Assembly (NCBI GenBank): GCA_000165345.1
Contig: CM000429.1
Span: forward strand, 576,001-640,000
Length of the DNA: 64,000 nucleotides
Direction: 5' to 3'
Made by a program: the position numbers and the translations under genes. The notes under the pieces are model-generated. The model saw only the letters and a list, made by a program, of their open reading frames with translations. It ran no database searches and was not told where the DNA came from. Numbering within the stretch: position 1 is the stretch's first letter; every line of letters starts with the position of its first letter. Of this stretch, positions 22,653 through 33,576 are shown one piece after another.

Positions 22653-23020
22653 TGACAGCTCCCCGCAATGCCTCCTCGTTTTTTACAGCACGAGGTGCAC
22701 CTTACCGCCCAACTTGGCCCAAATTTTAGCCAGTATTTCAATGTAAGGTAGCTCCTCTCTGACGCCCCTCAAAGATTTAATTTCATTTACAGGTGAGGGG
22801 ACTAATTGCTCTCTTAAATTGAGGACTGGCAGAAACTGCATTACTAATTAATAAAAATTTTTGTTCTTTACCAGTTCTCTTAATCGCAATTAGTCTACGA
22901 TAGCAAACTAAGGCTAAAAGCTGTAACCTTTTATTTTCGATTCTGAAGATATAAAAATAGGTAGCAATAAAAATTACGAGAAATTTGAATAACATGAGGA
23001 TAATAGAATAAGAGGGCATA

Positions 23021-25606
23021 ATGGATGATCTACTTTCCAGCATTAAACTCAAGATACTATCTGAAGCACAATCTGAGAACTTAGGTGGTAGCTTCCCAGA
23101 AAACATAAGAAAACTTTTAGGGACGGTTGAGGAAGAGCTCAGAACTGTTAGAGAGTCAGTACTAGAAAGCATTGATATTTCAAACATAAACTATGTAAAG
23201 TCAAAGAAAGAATTGGACTCTCTACAAACAGAAACTGTGGCATTGAGGAAAACAATTGCATCCATTGAAACCAAGGTTGAGGGCGATTTAGGTTCTTCAA
23301 AAGGAGTTTCTGAAATGGAAGAAATAAATAGCATTAAGAGGGACCTAGCGACTCTCAAGAAAGCAAGTATTTTCTTTGAAACTATTGCACAGCTTCACTC
23401 TATATTTGCCGAATTTGATAACTACTTGGTTGAATATGAGTTTGATTTGGCAGCAGACGCCCTAAGTAATGCTGATCAAAAGCTGAATGAGATCAACTTT
23501 GACGACAGCAACATTAACCAAATTGGGTCAGAAAATATTACAGGGAACCGAGCTATACAACAAGTCGAAGAAGAAAAGGACATTTTTGAAGAAGTGAAGA
23601 TTGAGTACCTCCATAGAAGGGGAAGACTTGTGAGTATCGTTGAGCTACTATTTAGATATATTTTCCATTTCGAACGCAACGAAATAAGAATAAGACTGAG
23701 TCTTCCAAGAAGCGTGCTTATGGAGGTGTCAGATTTTAGCCTTGGGTATGACTCAGAAAAGCCTTGTTCAGAAGACGGGGATGAGGTCAGAATCTCTCTT
23801 CAAGACGTCTGGTACTCTCTTATATCACTTGGCGTTGTGAATGAACATGTAGCGTATCTTTCAAAACTTTGTATTGAAAATATTCTAGATCCTCTGGTTT
23901 CCAAATCAAGCAAACTCTCTACAGAGAAAAATTGCGGGTATAAATTGCTTCCCTTTGAAACTAGATTTCACAATGAATGCAAATGGGAATATAAGGTTGT
24001 GTGTAACAAGTCAGGTGACAAAAATAAGGAATTTGATGGAGTAGAAGACTGTGATAACCAACGATCAGTTTATGAACATGCAATTCCTGTTTTAATCTCG
24101 ATTCTTAAGTTTTTATCTGATGACTGCTTTACAGGTAATATTCAAGTGATCTCCTTGTTTGGTAAGTACACCTGGAGTTGGATTTCACCCAGATTATTGC
24201 ACGGTGTTTCTTCAACACCCACCACAAAAGATTGTCAGATTTTGAGAGAATTTGAAGTTCAAGCCAGATCACTTCAAATTATCCCAGCAGGAGAAGACAC
24301 AATTTCAAATTACGTTAACCAACTGGAGACAAGTAGATATGAGGAGAGGAAGTTGCATGCTTTGAACTTCGCAAGGGAGATTATAATGCGCGATGATCCC
24401 TCTATCATTTTAGTTGACGATTCCACAGAAATTGGGTCTCTTACAAATCTGCTTGAGCAATGTGGGGTACAAAAATCAAAGGCAGATAAATGCGATGACC
24501 TTTCAAACCTAATTAGCCTTATTGGTGAAGGAGATCTTATCGGTAATATGGAGATTGATTCATTTTCTTCAATCCAAAATGAAAACGAAAGTTTTCTCCA
24601 ACTTCAAATTTGCGGAGTTAGTTCTTGTGCTCATTCTCTGATTCAAAAGATACATCAGCTTCTCGATGAAGCTCTCTTGGATGCTCAAAAGCATTGCTTA
24701 AGCTCTGCAAAGCAAGGATACTTCCTTGTCAGGGAGTTAGTAATGCTATTTATATTACTCAGACCAACTATTCACAAAGAAAGGTTAGACAGTGATCCTC
24801 TCTTTGCTGCTACATTTTATACAGATTGCACCTATTTAATTCACCATCTAATATTAATTCCTTTCACATATGGTAGTAAATTTCCACCACCAATTCCAAA
24901 TATTGGTTCATTTGTTGACCTCCTATTAACTCTCAGGAAACTTCAAGAAACTGCAATTTCCAGCCTTTTGACCAAAGAGTCTGAATCAATACGTGAGTTA
25001 CTAGAAGAAAAGGCACTTTCAATGGAATCAATGAAGAATATGTCTTTAGATCAAACATTCATAGAAGTTGAAACAATAATTGTTGACATAGTCCAACGGC
25101 TTAAGAGAGTTTCTTCAATGTTTTCTTCCACTCTTCCAATCAATATTTATCTTGAAAGCTTTGGAATTCTTGTTGACGAGACTATAAGAATTACTCTTGA
25201 CCAAGTTTTAAAACTTGCAACCTCTGACGATGTGCAGGATGTTTCACCAGACGATGCGTCTGCCTTAGTCCTTCTATTAAATAACCTGGCATCACAAATA
25301 CAAAGACTTTTTGAATGCCATATATTCAAAATTAATAATAAGGATGGATCAGCATCTAATTTTGGTGTGCACAACTCTAGACTAATATATAATGACCCGC
25401 CTTCCCTTGTTGGCTACCTTAAGCACTGGGAATCTTTCACCGTACTTAGAGATACTCTTGATGCAGATATTGCGAGCGTAGTTCAGCAAAAAAATAAAAT
25501 AAAAGCACTTTTCCAAGATTATGAAATAAGGGGAATCCTAAACTTGAACCCATTTCTCTCATCTAACGTCGATGAGGTATATTATATTATTGTTTCCTCT
25601 ATTTAA
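23021..25606 (+). CDS. Hypothetical 861-aa protein with N-terminal coiled-coil; possibly a vesicle/kinetochore tethering factor (ZW10/Dsl1-like), unverified
   Basis: Clean ATG with a long ORF; the N-terminal heptad-rich region followed by a helical body resembles tethering-complex subunits, but I cannot confirm the family from sequence alone. Confidence 0.5.
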   Translation: MDDLLSSIKLKILSEAQSENLGGSFPENIRKLLGTVEEELRTVRESVLESIDISNINYVKSKKELDSLQTETVALRKTIASIETKVEGDLGSSKGVSEMEEINSIKRDLATLKKASIFFETIAQLHSIFAEFDNYLVEYEFDLAADALSNADQKLNEINFDDSNINQIGSENITGNRAIQQVEEEKDIFEEVKIEYLHRRGRLVSIVELLFRYIFHFERNEIRIRLSLPRSVLMEVSDFSLGYDSEKPCSEDGDEVRISLQDVWYSLISLGVVNEHVAYLSKLCIENILDPLVSKSSKLSTEKNCGYKLLPFETRFHNECKWEYKVVCNKSGDKNKEFDGVEDCDNQRSVYEHAIPVLISILKFLSDDCFTGNIQVISLFGKYTWSWISPRLLHGVSSTPTTKDCQILREFEVQARSLQIIPAGEDTISNYVNQLETSRYEERKLHALNFAREIIMRDDPSIILVDDSTEIGSLTNLLEQCGVQKSKADKCDDLSNLISLIGEGDLIGNMEIDSFSSIQNENESFLQLQICGVSSCAHSLIQKIHQLLDEALLDAQKHCLSSAKQGYFLVRELVMLFILLRPTIHKERLDSDPLFAATFYTDCTYLIHHLILIPFTYGSKFPPPIPNIGSFVDLLLTLRKLQETAISSLLTKESESIRELLEEKALSMESMKNMSLDQTFIEVETIIVDIVQRLKRVSSMFSSTLPINIYLESFGILVDETIRITLDQVLKLATSDDVQDVSPDDASALVLLLNNLASQIQRLFECHIFKINNKDGSASNFGVHNSRLIYNDPPSLVGYLKHWESFTVLRDTLDADIASVVQQKNKIKALFQDYEIRGILNLNPFLSSNVDEVYYIIVSSI

Positions 25607-25722
25607 ATCACTATATTATACATTTTTAAGTAGGTTTACTTCATTTTTATATAAATTTTTGTTCTCGCTGTCGTTTTTTGCTAGTTACATTTCGATATAA
25701 GTCTTTAGAATTAAACATGTAC

Positions 25723-25730
25723 TTGGCGCC
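25723..25730. promoter_or_regulatory. E2F-like site TTGGCGCC, 62 bp upstream of the AAA-ATPase ATG
   Basis: As above. Confidence 0.4.
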
Positions 25731-25791
25731 TTATGTCCTACAATAACTTTTTATTGGGAATTACTTAAGTTGATCTTTTTGGGAATAGCAA

Positions 25792-27687
25792 ATGACTGTA
25801 TATAAGTCTCTACTGAATTCAAATGCACTAAATATTTTTAGAGGATACATAAAAGGTATTTTATCAGATAAAAATGGAGGTTTTAGCCCACGATCAACAA
25901 ACATATGCATATATAAGCAAGTAGCAGATTCACTTTCCAATAATATTAAGGGTCTAGTTCTGCATATTCTTAATGAAGAATTGGAAAAAAATTCAGAAAA
26001 AGAGTTAGCAAGCACAATCGATCTTAACTTAATTGATCTGATTACTGATAATTACTTATATTTAAATGCTCCAATATTGCCACTTGAAAGTCTATTAAAC
26101 AATGAGTTCGAAAGAATAATTAACAGTAGCAAAGATAAGTCTAATAACTTCATAATTATTGAACTCCCAAGACATTTTACGTCGAACTCCTTATTCTTTA
26201 AGAATTCAGCTAATAAACAAGTTGAAGAAGAAGATGGTCTAGACTCTGATAATGAGTTTTGTAAAGAAGTAACACATTTTGGAGTTTTCAACACTACCAC
26301 AGATGATGCCTCCAACAAGCTTGAAGAATCTATTTACAGAGTCTTGAAAAGATTTATTGAACGCGCTATGATGCAAGAAAATTTTAATATTCATTTAATA
26401 ATGCTTTCACCATATTTCAAACCACCTCAATTTTTATTGGGAAAGGGAATGTTCGAGATCTACCTTTCTATTGAATGGGAAGCTAGTAAATCTAATTTAA
26501 TTCAACTAATTAAAGATGTTTTTAAGGGTATTGAAGTTGAGAATGGTGTAATTGAGATGATAATTGCTTCCGTTTCACATCAAGACAGTGCATTTTCCAA
26601 ATTGATCGAATTATGTTTTGAATTAAAACACTCTCTTGCTACTAAATATATTGGGAGAAGGATCTTAAAAAGAGAGGATATAAATTTAAATTGCAAAATG
26701 AAAATTAGAAATGAAGATGCACAAGATTTCTTGCAAAAATATAATTCAAAATTATTAAATTCCTACTATTCTTCTTCTATTGACTCTTTGATTGCAACCA
26801 AAATCTCAATAGATAGTGATTTTGTAGGACTAAATGAGCTTAGAAAATCTATCAAAGATTCAATAAATGCATTAGAGCAGTTTAGTGAACGTTCTGAAGT
26901 TTCAGAAAACGAAATTGATACATATGGATATCCAATATCTTGGTTTTTATGGGGAAGCTCAGGAAGTGGAAAAAGTACTCTTGTCAGAAGTATGGTATCT
27001 ATTAGCCCAAAAGTGAAGGTATTACTTTGTAATGTTATTGATTTAATAAGCCCCTTTCACGGAATTACAACACGTAATCTTAGACGCATATTTAAAAATG
27101 CAATAAATTCTAGACCATGTATATTGGTATTCGATGATATTGAAACTTTGGGAGCTTTTACAAAAAAAGATGATATATCTGAAGGTGAAGTCAGATCAAA
27201 AATTAATAAAGAGCTTGCATCTACTTTTCTATATCTTCTGGATTCAGTTATATCAATTAATCAAGATGGAGATTTAGGTAATGATCTATTGCAACAAATG
27301 AAGATAAACGTACAAGATAGGAGCTTAGAGGAGGCGATTGATCATTTTAATTCTAAAGTATCAAGAAAAGTTGCAGGAATAATGATCATTATGACAAGTA
27401 GAAATAATATGGGTGACTTCTCAACTGAACTTTTACTGAAAGTCCAAAGACATTCTTTTTTACAATTACCATCTACAAAAGAACTTTTAGAAAGTATACG
27501 TGAAAAAGATAATGATGAAGTATCAGCTACTGCAGAAGAAATTGCCAATGAAATTCAGAATCTGCAAGGTGATCGGCTAATTAATGTCAGTGAATTTAAA
27601 ATCCTTGTTCAAAATAAGCTTTATGAAAAATATGCGAGCAGGGAAGCAAATTCAAAAACTTCTGAAAAAAAATCCTTAACTAAATAG
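25792..27687 (+). CDS. AAA-family ATPase-like protein (C-terminal AAA domain with divergent Walker A)
   Basis: WGSSGSGKST (Walker A), ILVFDDIE (Walker B), MIIMTSRN (sensor 1) and a following R-rich helix in classical AAA spacing; 400-aa N-terminal region of unknown function. Confidence 0.55.
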   Translation: MTVYKSLLNSNALNIFRGYIKGILSDKNGGFSPRSTNICIYKQVADSLSNNIKGLVLHILNEELEKNSEKELASTIDLNLIDLITDNYLYLNAPILPLESLLNNEFERIINSSKDKSNNFIIIELPRHFTSNSLFFKNSANKQVEEEDGLDSDNEFCKEVTHFGVFNTTTDDASNKLEESIYRVLKRFIERAMMQENFNIHLIMLSPYFKPPQFLLGKGMFEIYLSIEWEASKSNLIQLIKDVFKGIEVENGVIEMIIASVSHQDSAFSKLIELCFELKHSLATKYIGRRILKREDINLNCKMKIRNEDAQDFLQKYNSKLLNSYYSSSIDSLIATKISIDSDFVGLNELRKSIKDSINALEQFSERSEVSENEIDTYGYPISWFLWGSSGSGKSTLVRSMVSISPKVKVLLCNVIDLISPFHGITTRNLRRIFKNAINSRPCILVFDDIETLGAFTKKDDISEGEVRSKINKELASTFLYLLDSVISINQDGDLGNDLLQQMKINVQDRSLEEAIDHFNSKVSRKVAGIMIIMTSRNNMGDFSTELLLKVQRHSFLQLPSTKELLESIREKDNDEVSATAEEIANEIQNLQGDRLINVSEFKILVQNKLYEKYASREANSKTSEKKSLTK

Positions 27688-27770
27688 TCTAATTAGTGGG
27701 ATATCAAATTTCAGAACTAAATCAAGAATTATAAAAATTTATCAATGCTTTATTTTAATTTATATTTATT

Positions 27771-28964
27771 CTACTTTTTTCCTGAATTAGTAACATTGAA
27801 TTTAAAGAAAATTATATCTCCATCTTCGACAACATAATCTTTGCCTTTTTGTAAATATTTTCCTGCAGCTTTAATTGCGGCTTCGCTTCCCAATTCCATT
27901 AGGTCGGTAAATTTGTACACTTCTGCGCAAATGAAGCCTCTCTCAAAGTCAGTGTGGATAATACCTGCAGCTTGTGGAGCTTTTGTTCCACTTCTGATAG
28001 TCCAACATTTAACTTCATCTTCTCCTGCTGTGAAATAATGTAATAAGTTTAGTGCCGAATAACCAGTGTTGATGATTTTGTCGATCATACTCTTAGAGGC
28101 CCCCTTTTCCTTGATGTATGCCATTTTTTCTTCTTCAGTGTGGAGCTCAGCCAAAGCCGCTTCAAACTCAGCACTGTAAGGTATTATTACTCCATCAATG
28201 TGCTCTTTAACCCATTCAGCAATTTTGGGGAGGAACTTATTCTTTTGACGAATATAATCCTTTTCAGAAAGATTTACTAAATAAACAACAGGTTTTGCTG
28301 TCAAAAACTGGTGCTCGTTAAGCAATTCAACCTCTGAGGACTTCCAATCATATTTGCTACTAATCCAGTTGCCAGCCTCAAGGTGAGCATAGACGTCCTT
28401 AAGAATTTGTAAAGCAGCTACTTGTTCCTTCTTTGTTCTGTCTGTCCCATTCTTCGTAAGCCTGTTCAGCTCTGAAATTAGCTTGTCAACTCTCTCTAAA
28501 TCCTTCATCCTCAACTCATTACTGATTGTTTCCAAATCCTTGACAGGGTTAACCTCCCCCTCCGTATGTACAATTTCGTCGCTTTCAAATGCTCGAACTA
28601 CATGATAAATTCCATCAACTGCCTGGATATTGGAAAGAAAAGCGTTTCCAAGACCTTCACCCTTATGAGCTCCTGGGACAAGCCCCGCAATATCGAAGAT
28701 TGTCAAAGTTGCAGGAACTTCACTTTTTGGGCTGAAATGCTTACAAAGTGCTCTAAAACGATCATCTGGTACATTCATCCTCGCCTCATGAGGCTCTATT
28801 GTACAAAATGGAAAATTCTCCGCTGGAACTGCCTGCTTACAAAGTAGGTTGAAAGTTGTTGATTTTCCCACATTAGGCAAGCCTACCAATCCCATCTTTA
28901 GATTCCCCCTGGGTCTCCCCAAAAGCACCTTAACTTCCTTCTGTTCATTCTTTTTTGGTGGCAT
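27771..28964 (-). CDS. OLA1: Obg-like ATPase 1 (OLA1/YchF)
   Basis: GLVGLPNVGKSTTFN G1 motif, YchF-type TGS C-terminus, 397 aa. Confidence 0.85.
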   Translation of the reverse strand: MPPKKNEQKEVKVLLGRPRGNLKMGLVGLPNVGKSTTFNLLCKQAVPAENFPFCTIEPHEARMNVPDDRFRALCKHFSPKSEVPATLTIFDIAGLVPGAHKGEGLGNAFLSNIQAVDGIYHVVRAFESDEIVHTEGEVNPVKDLETISNELRMKDLERVDKLISELNRLTKNGTDRTKKEQVAALQILKDVYAHLEAGNWISSKYDWKSSEVELLNEHQFLTAKPVVYLVNLSEKDYIRQKNKFLPKIAEWVKEHIDGVIIPYSAEFEAALAELHTEEEKMAYIKEKGASKSMIDKIINTGYSALNLLHYFTAGEDEVKCWTIRSGTKAPQAAGIIHTDFERGFICAEVYKFTDLMELGSEAAIKAAGKYLQKGKDYVVEDGDIIFFKFNVTNSGKK

Positions 28965-29275
28965 TTTTCAACAGATATTTCGTATTTCACTTAATTAAAT
29001 GTAACAATAATAACTGCAAATTTTATTGCCCTAACTCATTTATTTCCAAATAATTAATATTTGCCATATAAATGGAGTTACCGCCGAATTAAGAGACGCA
29101 TTCCCCCTCGCAAAGCCAATAAATACAATTTATGAATTGATGTAAAATGTCAAAAAAAAACCAGAAAAAATAAGATTTTGTGTGCCTTAACAAAATTAAC
29201 AAATATAAGCTATGCTAATGATTACTTAAGTAATATTAAAATAGATTCCTTTGTAGTTTGTTTTCAATATATCTC

Positions 29276-32200
29276 TTAATTACTAATAGGAACATCCTCT
29301 TGTTGGAGATGTAGGCGAATAACTATATTCATTGCTGCAAGCTCATTTGAAAGATATCTAAAGATATATGGAAGCGTAATAATTCTGCAGGGAGATTTAC
29401 AAACCCTACAAACCGCAATAGGTGGGATGCAATTTGAAAGCTTGCTACTAGACATTGATTGTGCCATAGCCCTCTTTGAAATGGAAGAGATTATAAGTCC
29501 GCATTTTGGACAAACATATGCTCTGTGCTCGTCTGAGCAAATAAGTAACCTATCAACAAGAATAGAGCTGACACCATACGAAATTAGAGAGTCTCTTTCC
29601 ATCTCTCCAAATCTAATACCACCATGTCTTTTTCTTCCCTTAACAGGCTGTCTAGTTAACGCGTCAATTGGACCGGTTGCTCTAACTTGAGCCTTATCAG
29701 CAACCATATGACGAAGTCTTTGATAATAAATAACTCCCATAAAGATATGACATGGGAGCTCTACTCCCGTCATTCCATTATAAAGTGGTTCGCACCCATA
29801 ATATTGGAAACCTGCTCTTTCTAAAGCTTTACCAAAGTAGTCCACAGTAGTCTTTTCACCCGCTTTGTCATCCTCGCAATTCTCTTCAGATCTTGAAAGA
29901 TCATCAGAAATATTAATGTTGAATGGAGTTGCATCCAAACTTCTTGCTCCATGAATACAAGCTGCTTTTCCTCCCATAGACTCTAAGAGCATACCGATAG
30001 TCATACGAGAAGGAAAACCATGCGGATTGAATAGAATATCAGGAACCATACCAGATTCGCTAAATGGCATGTTTTCTTGTGGCCAAAGCATTGAAAGAAT
30101 ACCTTTTTGGCCATGTCTAGAGGCAAATTTATCACCAACCATAGGATTTCTTACGATTCTTAGTTTGATAGACACCTTTTCTCCGTAACCAGAAGAACTT
30201 GAAGCCCCATCTCCTCCCCCTCCACTTAAAGAATCTTGTTGAAGTTCAATAGAAATCCCGCTAGCTATCCTATTAATTTTCTCGACAAATGCAACCTCAT
30301 CGTCATGATAAGTTTGAATAGTTGCATTGGAAGGGCCCCCTCCAGAACCTATACGTTCAACCCTACATATTGGTGAGCCTTTTGTAAGTCTTTGGCCAAT
30401 ATTAGGAAGCCCATCTGCTGAAAGCTCTTTAACAACTAGCTCACCGTCTGGCCCAATATTATGAAAGAAGTAGCTTTCTGCATCACTCTTTTTTGTAGCA
30501 CTAGGAGGAGCTGCTGAAATGATTTTGGTTTTATAGACACAGGCATGGAACATTCCTCTATCATAAGATGATTTGTTAAGAATCATAGCATCCTCCATAT
30601 CATAACCTGAATATGACATTACAGCAACGATTGCATTTGTTCCAGTTGGATATTCAGAAAAACCAAAGGATGAATATCCTTTAGTAATAATAGTTGGCTC
30701 TTGAGGAGTTAAAAGCCTATACATCTTATTGTCGGTTCTATATGGGTGGTTAAGGCAAGGAGTACCCATTGTTTGTTTAAGCATCTGGCACTGATACATA
30801 TTTCTTGGACTTTGGTTATGGTGAGCATAAGGAATAAGGCTTGCAGTAACTGATAGAATTGTTGATGGATGGAGCTCCATGTGAGTGTAGTTAACCGGTA
30901 CAGATGAAAGCACTCTGTCATTATCTTTAATTAGTTTCTTTAAAGCTTTAAGGTCGTTTTTTAGCTGTTCTTCAGACTCAGTATCCGAAATACCAATTAA
31001 TCTTTTTTGAATTTCAAGGAGTTTTGTTGATTTACGAGTCTCTTCTTCCGTTACACCAATATTCATCCATGGTTGGCCAAGCGGCCCAATCCAGTCTACT
31101 TGAGCAGTCTCAAGGTGCATAATTGGTCTTACAAGTCTTCCAGGAGCGGTGAAAATGTAAATTCCTGAAAACATACCAGAATCTGGTGGAACACATGCTA
31201 TTTCTGCATGAACCGGTAATACAGAGGGGTTTGTTTGCCACTTTAAGGTTCTTAATTTATTTTCCCATACCATAAAATCTTCTCTCGGGATATGAAATAA
31301 AACTCTACCATCTAGCATTACAGGAATGGATTTTGTTAAATCTGGTGAATATAAATCATCTCTTGAAGATGACTCTATACCCCAAGTTGAAGAAAGAGAT
31401 CCCAGCCCATCATCGCATGAAATACCATGTGAAATTAAATAATTTCTTAATCGTCTGAGAGTTTCTTGTGAATCCCATTGAGTCACAGGAATACAATCCT
31501 GGGAAAGATGGAGAAGTAAACCGCATGGCTCACCGTCAGGAGTATGTACTGGACAAAGAAATCCCCATGTTTCACCTGTTAATTTTCTGACATCCGTAGT
31601 CTTCATAGTGGTAAAAAACTGTCCTCTATGTACAGCTCTAAAATGGGATAGAAATCTATTAAAATTTAGTCTATCTGCAACAACAGTCCATCCTGATAGT
31701 TGTTGAAGGTCCAATTGAGTGGTTTTCACATTACCTGTTGCCATAAAATATTGGAGACGCTTAGGTATCATGGAAATATTTTTTGATAAAACTGATTTAA
31801 AGTATGCTGTATCTCGAAGCAGGTTAACACCATTTTTACTCTCTTTATTCTTTTCACCACTTTTAGATCTTATCTCAATCAAATATGTAGACCTTATCTT
31901 TTGTAGAAATGAAAAAATTGCATCTTTAAATAGTGCTGAGTATAGGTTTCCTGGAGATAATAATTCTTGATACGCAAAAGAATCTATAGACTCTTCACGA
32001 ATTTCATTAAGCTGAAGTTTGATTAGTTTTATAAACATTAAAATAAGGCATTCCAATTTTGCATTCCACTCTTCCAAATGGACTAACACATAATTATCTA
32101 TTAAGAATCTCCCTGCCTCTTGTAAAAGGCTACCTGGAGGAAGATGGAAGGCTACGCCCTCCCATACCAATCTACCTATTTGATGTAAGTATCGATTTTC

Positions 32201-33121
32201 TAAAATATCTGTATCTCCAGGCCCCTTATTTCCAAATGATACAGAATTAAATTCTGCATCAACACCGACTGAGTTATCAAGCCCCCATTCAAGAGTAAGC
32301 ATATTAATTGTGTTGAATAAATTTTCATCTTTTGGATTACAATATTGGAGGATCTTGCTCCTGAGCACATTTGAGTCATAAATTGATCCTACTGCCATTA
32401 ATAAAGGCCAGAATGGAATTAGCCACTCCTGTCTATTTAATAAAACTCTGTAAATACATTGATGATCAGACGTTCCGTATAGATAGTTTGCTGTAGAAGT
32501 TCCATCGTCTCTTAATGACCTCATTAAAACGGCATATTCCGAGCCAAATGAATCAAAGGTCGCAAACCTTGGACGTTTAAGTCCAATTGGATAATTACAT
32601 CTTTGTTGAATTACATACCTAATAACTCTTTCATTACCATTGATAATAAAGTAGCCACCAACCTCATTAGGGTCTTCGCCTTTTTCAACCAATTCCTTTG
32701 TACCAAGACCAAATAAATGGCAACTTGAACTCTTAACCATGATTGGAATTGTTCCAGCATAAATACTATGCTTTGAAACAGTATCTAAAGATGAATTATA
32801 ACCTTCAAATTCTAGCCATAGTGGAGCACTGTAACTAATATGTCCATTTCTGGCATGCTGAGGAGTCAGCTTTGTACCAGATGATTCAGAATTACCAAAA
32901 ATAGGCTTTCCTATTTTTGCAGATGTAACTCCTATTCTAAGGTATTCAGCTGGGCTATAAGCTGCATTTAGCTCGCAATCATCTTGAATAAATCCAGAGT
33001 CCACATAAATCTTGGGTAAATTCTTCACAATATTTTTTAACCCAACAGAAAGGAATGTATTGAATGATTCAATGTGCGGCCAAACTGCAGAAAGTAGTCT
33101 ATCCCGAGTCTGGTACTCCAT
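29276..33121 (-). CDS. RPA2: DNA-directed RNA polymerase I second-largest subunit (RPA2/RPA135)
   Basis: The N-terminus aligns with yeast RPA135 (VWPHIESFN, SSCHL, GGYFIINGNERVIR..QQRCNYP); GDKFASRHGQKG; C-terminal zinc ribbon CPKCG...CRVCKS; first ATG at 33121. Confidence 0.85.
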   Translation of the reverse strand: MEYQTRDRLLSAVWPHIESFNTFLSVGLKNIVKNLPKIYVDSGFIQDDCELNAAYSPAEYLRIGVTSAKIGKPIFGNSESSGTKLTPQHARNGHISYSAPLWLEFEGYNSSLDTVSKHSIYAGTIPIMVKSSSCHLFGLGTKELVEKGEDPNEVGGYFIINGNERVIRYVIQQRCNYPIGLKRPRFATFDSFGSEYAVLMRSLRDDGTSTANYLYGTSDHQCIYRVLLNRQEWLIPFWPLLMAVGSIYDSNVLRSKILQYCNPKDENLFNTINMLTLEWGLDNSVGVDAEFNSVSFGNKGPGDTDILENRYLHQIGRLVWEGVAFHLPPGSLLQEAGRFLIDNYVLVHLEEWNAKLECLILMFIKLIKLQLNEIREESIDSFAYQELLSPGNLYSALFKDAIFSFLQKIRSTYLIEIRSKSGEKNKESKNGVNLLRDTAYFKSVLSKNISMIPKRLQYFMATGNVKTTQLDLQQLSGWTVVADRLNFNRFLSHFRAVHRGQFFTTMKTTDVRKLTGETWGFLCPVHTPDGEPCGLLLHLSQDCIPVTQWDSQETLRRLRNYLISHGISCDDGLGSLSSTWGIESSSRDDLYSPDLTKSIPVMLDGRVLFHIPREDFMVWENKLRTLKWQTNPSVLPVHAEIACVPPDSGMFSGIYIFTAPGRLVRPIMHLETAQVDWIGPLGQPWMNIGVTEEETRKSTKLLEIQKRLIGISDTESEEQLKNDLKALKKLIKDNDRVLSSVPVNYTHMELHPSTILSVTASLIPYAHHNQSPRNMYQCQMLKQTMGTPCLNHPYRTDNKMYRLLTPQEPTIITKGYSSFGFSEYPTGTNAIVAVMSYSGYDMEDAMILNKSSYDRGMFHACVYKTKIISAAPPSATKKSDAESYFFHNIGPDGELVVKELSADGLPNIGQRLTKGSPICRVERIGSGGGPSNATIQTYHDDEVAFVEKINRIASGISIELQQDSLSGGGGDGASSSSGYGEKVSIKLRIVRNPMVGDKFASRHGQKGILSMLWPQENMPFSESGMVPDILFNPHGFPSRMTIGMLLESMGGKAACIHGARSLDATPFNINISDDLSRSEENCEDDKAGEKTTVDYFGKALERAGFQYYGCEPLYNGMTGVELPCHIFMGVIYYQRLRHMVADKAQVRATGPIDALTRQPVKGRKRHGGIRFGEMERDSLISYGVSSILVDRLLICSDEHRAYVCPKCGLIISSISKRAMAQSMSSSKLSNCIPPIAVCRVCKSPCRIITLPYIFRYLSNELAAMNIVIRLHLQQEDVPISN

Positions 33122-33576
33122 ATCGTCTATCAAAAACTGAGCTTATAAGCATATATACCTGAATTAAAGCTTTAGAACCAAACTACTGCCCAGATAAGAC
33201 AAACCAATTTTTTTTTCGTTTATGGATTTTTATGCGTTTTTGCCTCTTGTAAATTTGACCTTTAGCACTTTTACCATTTACCGGTTAAAAAGTACTGCGC
33301 GCGCATTTTCGATTTGCAGTCAATTAAAGAATTGGAAAAAAATTATTACTGGAAGAAAAATTTTAAATTTAGGAAGAACTACGTACTCAGTCAACACGCC
33401 TATTCGATTACTATTCTGATTTATTCCATGAAAACTGTATATCAAGCTTAGGCTCACTGAATATTAATTTTTTTTTTCAAGGCTGCCCTCCTAATCTAAG
33501 GCCTATTTTTTCGTCCAAATGGATCATGAAACCTTGATGAACCTGGATTAATTCAGTTTTTGAACATCCTGCTAAA

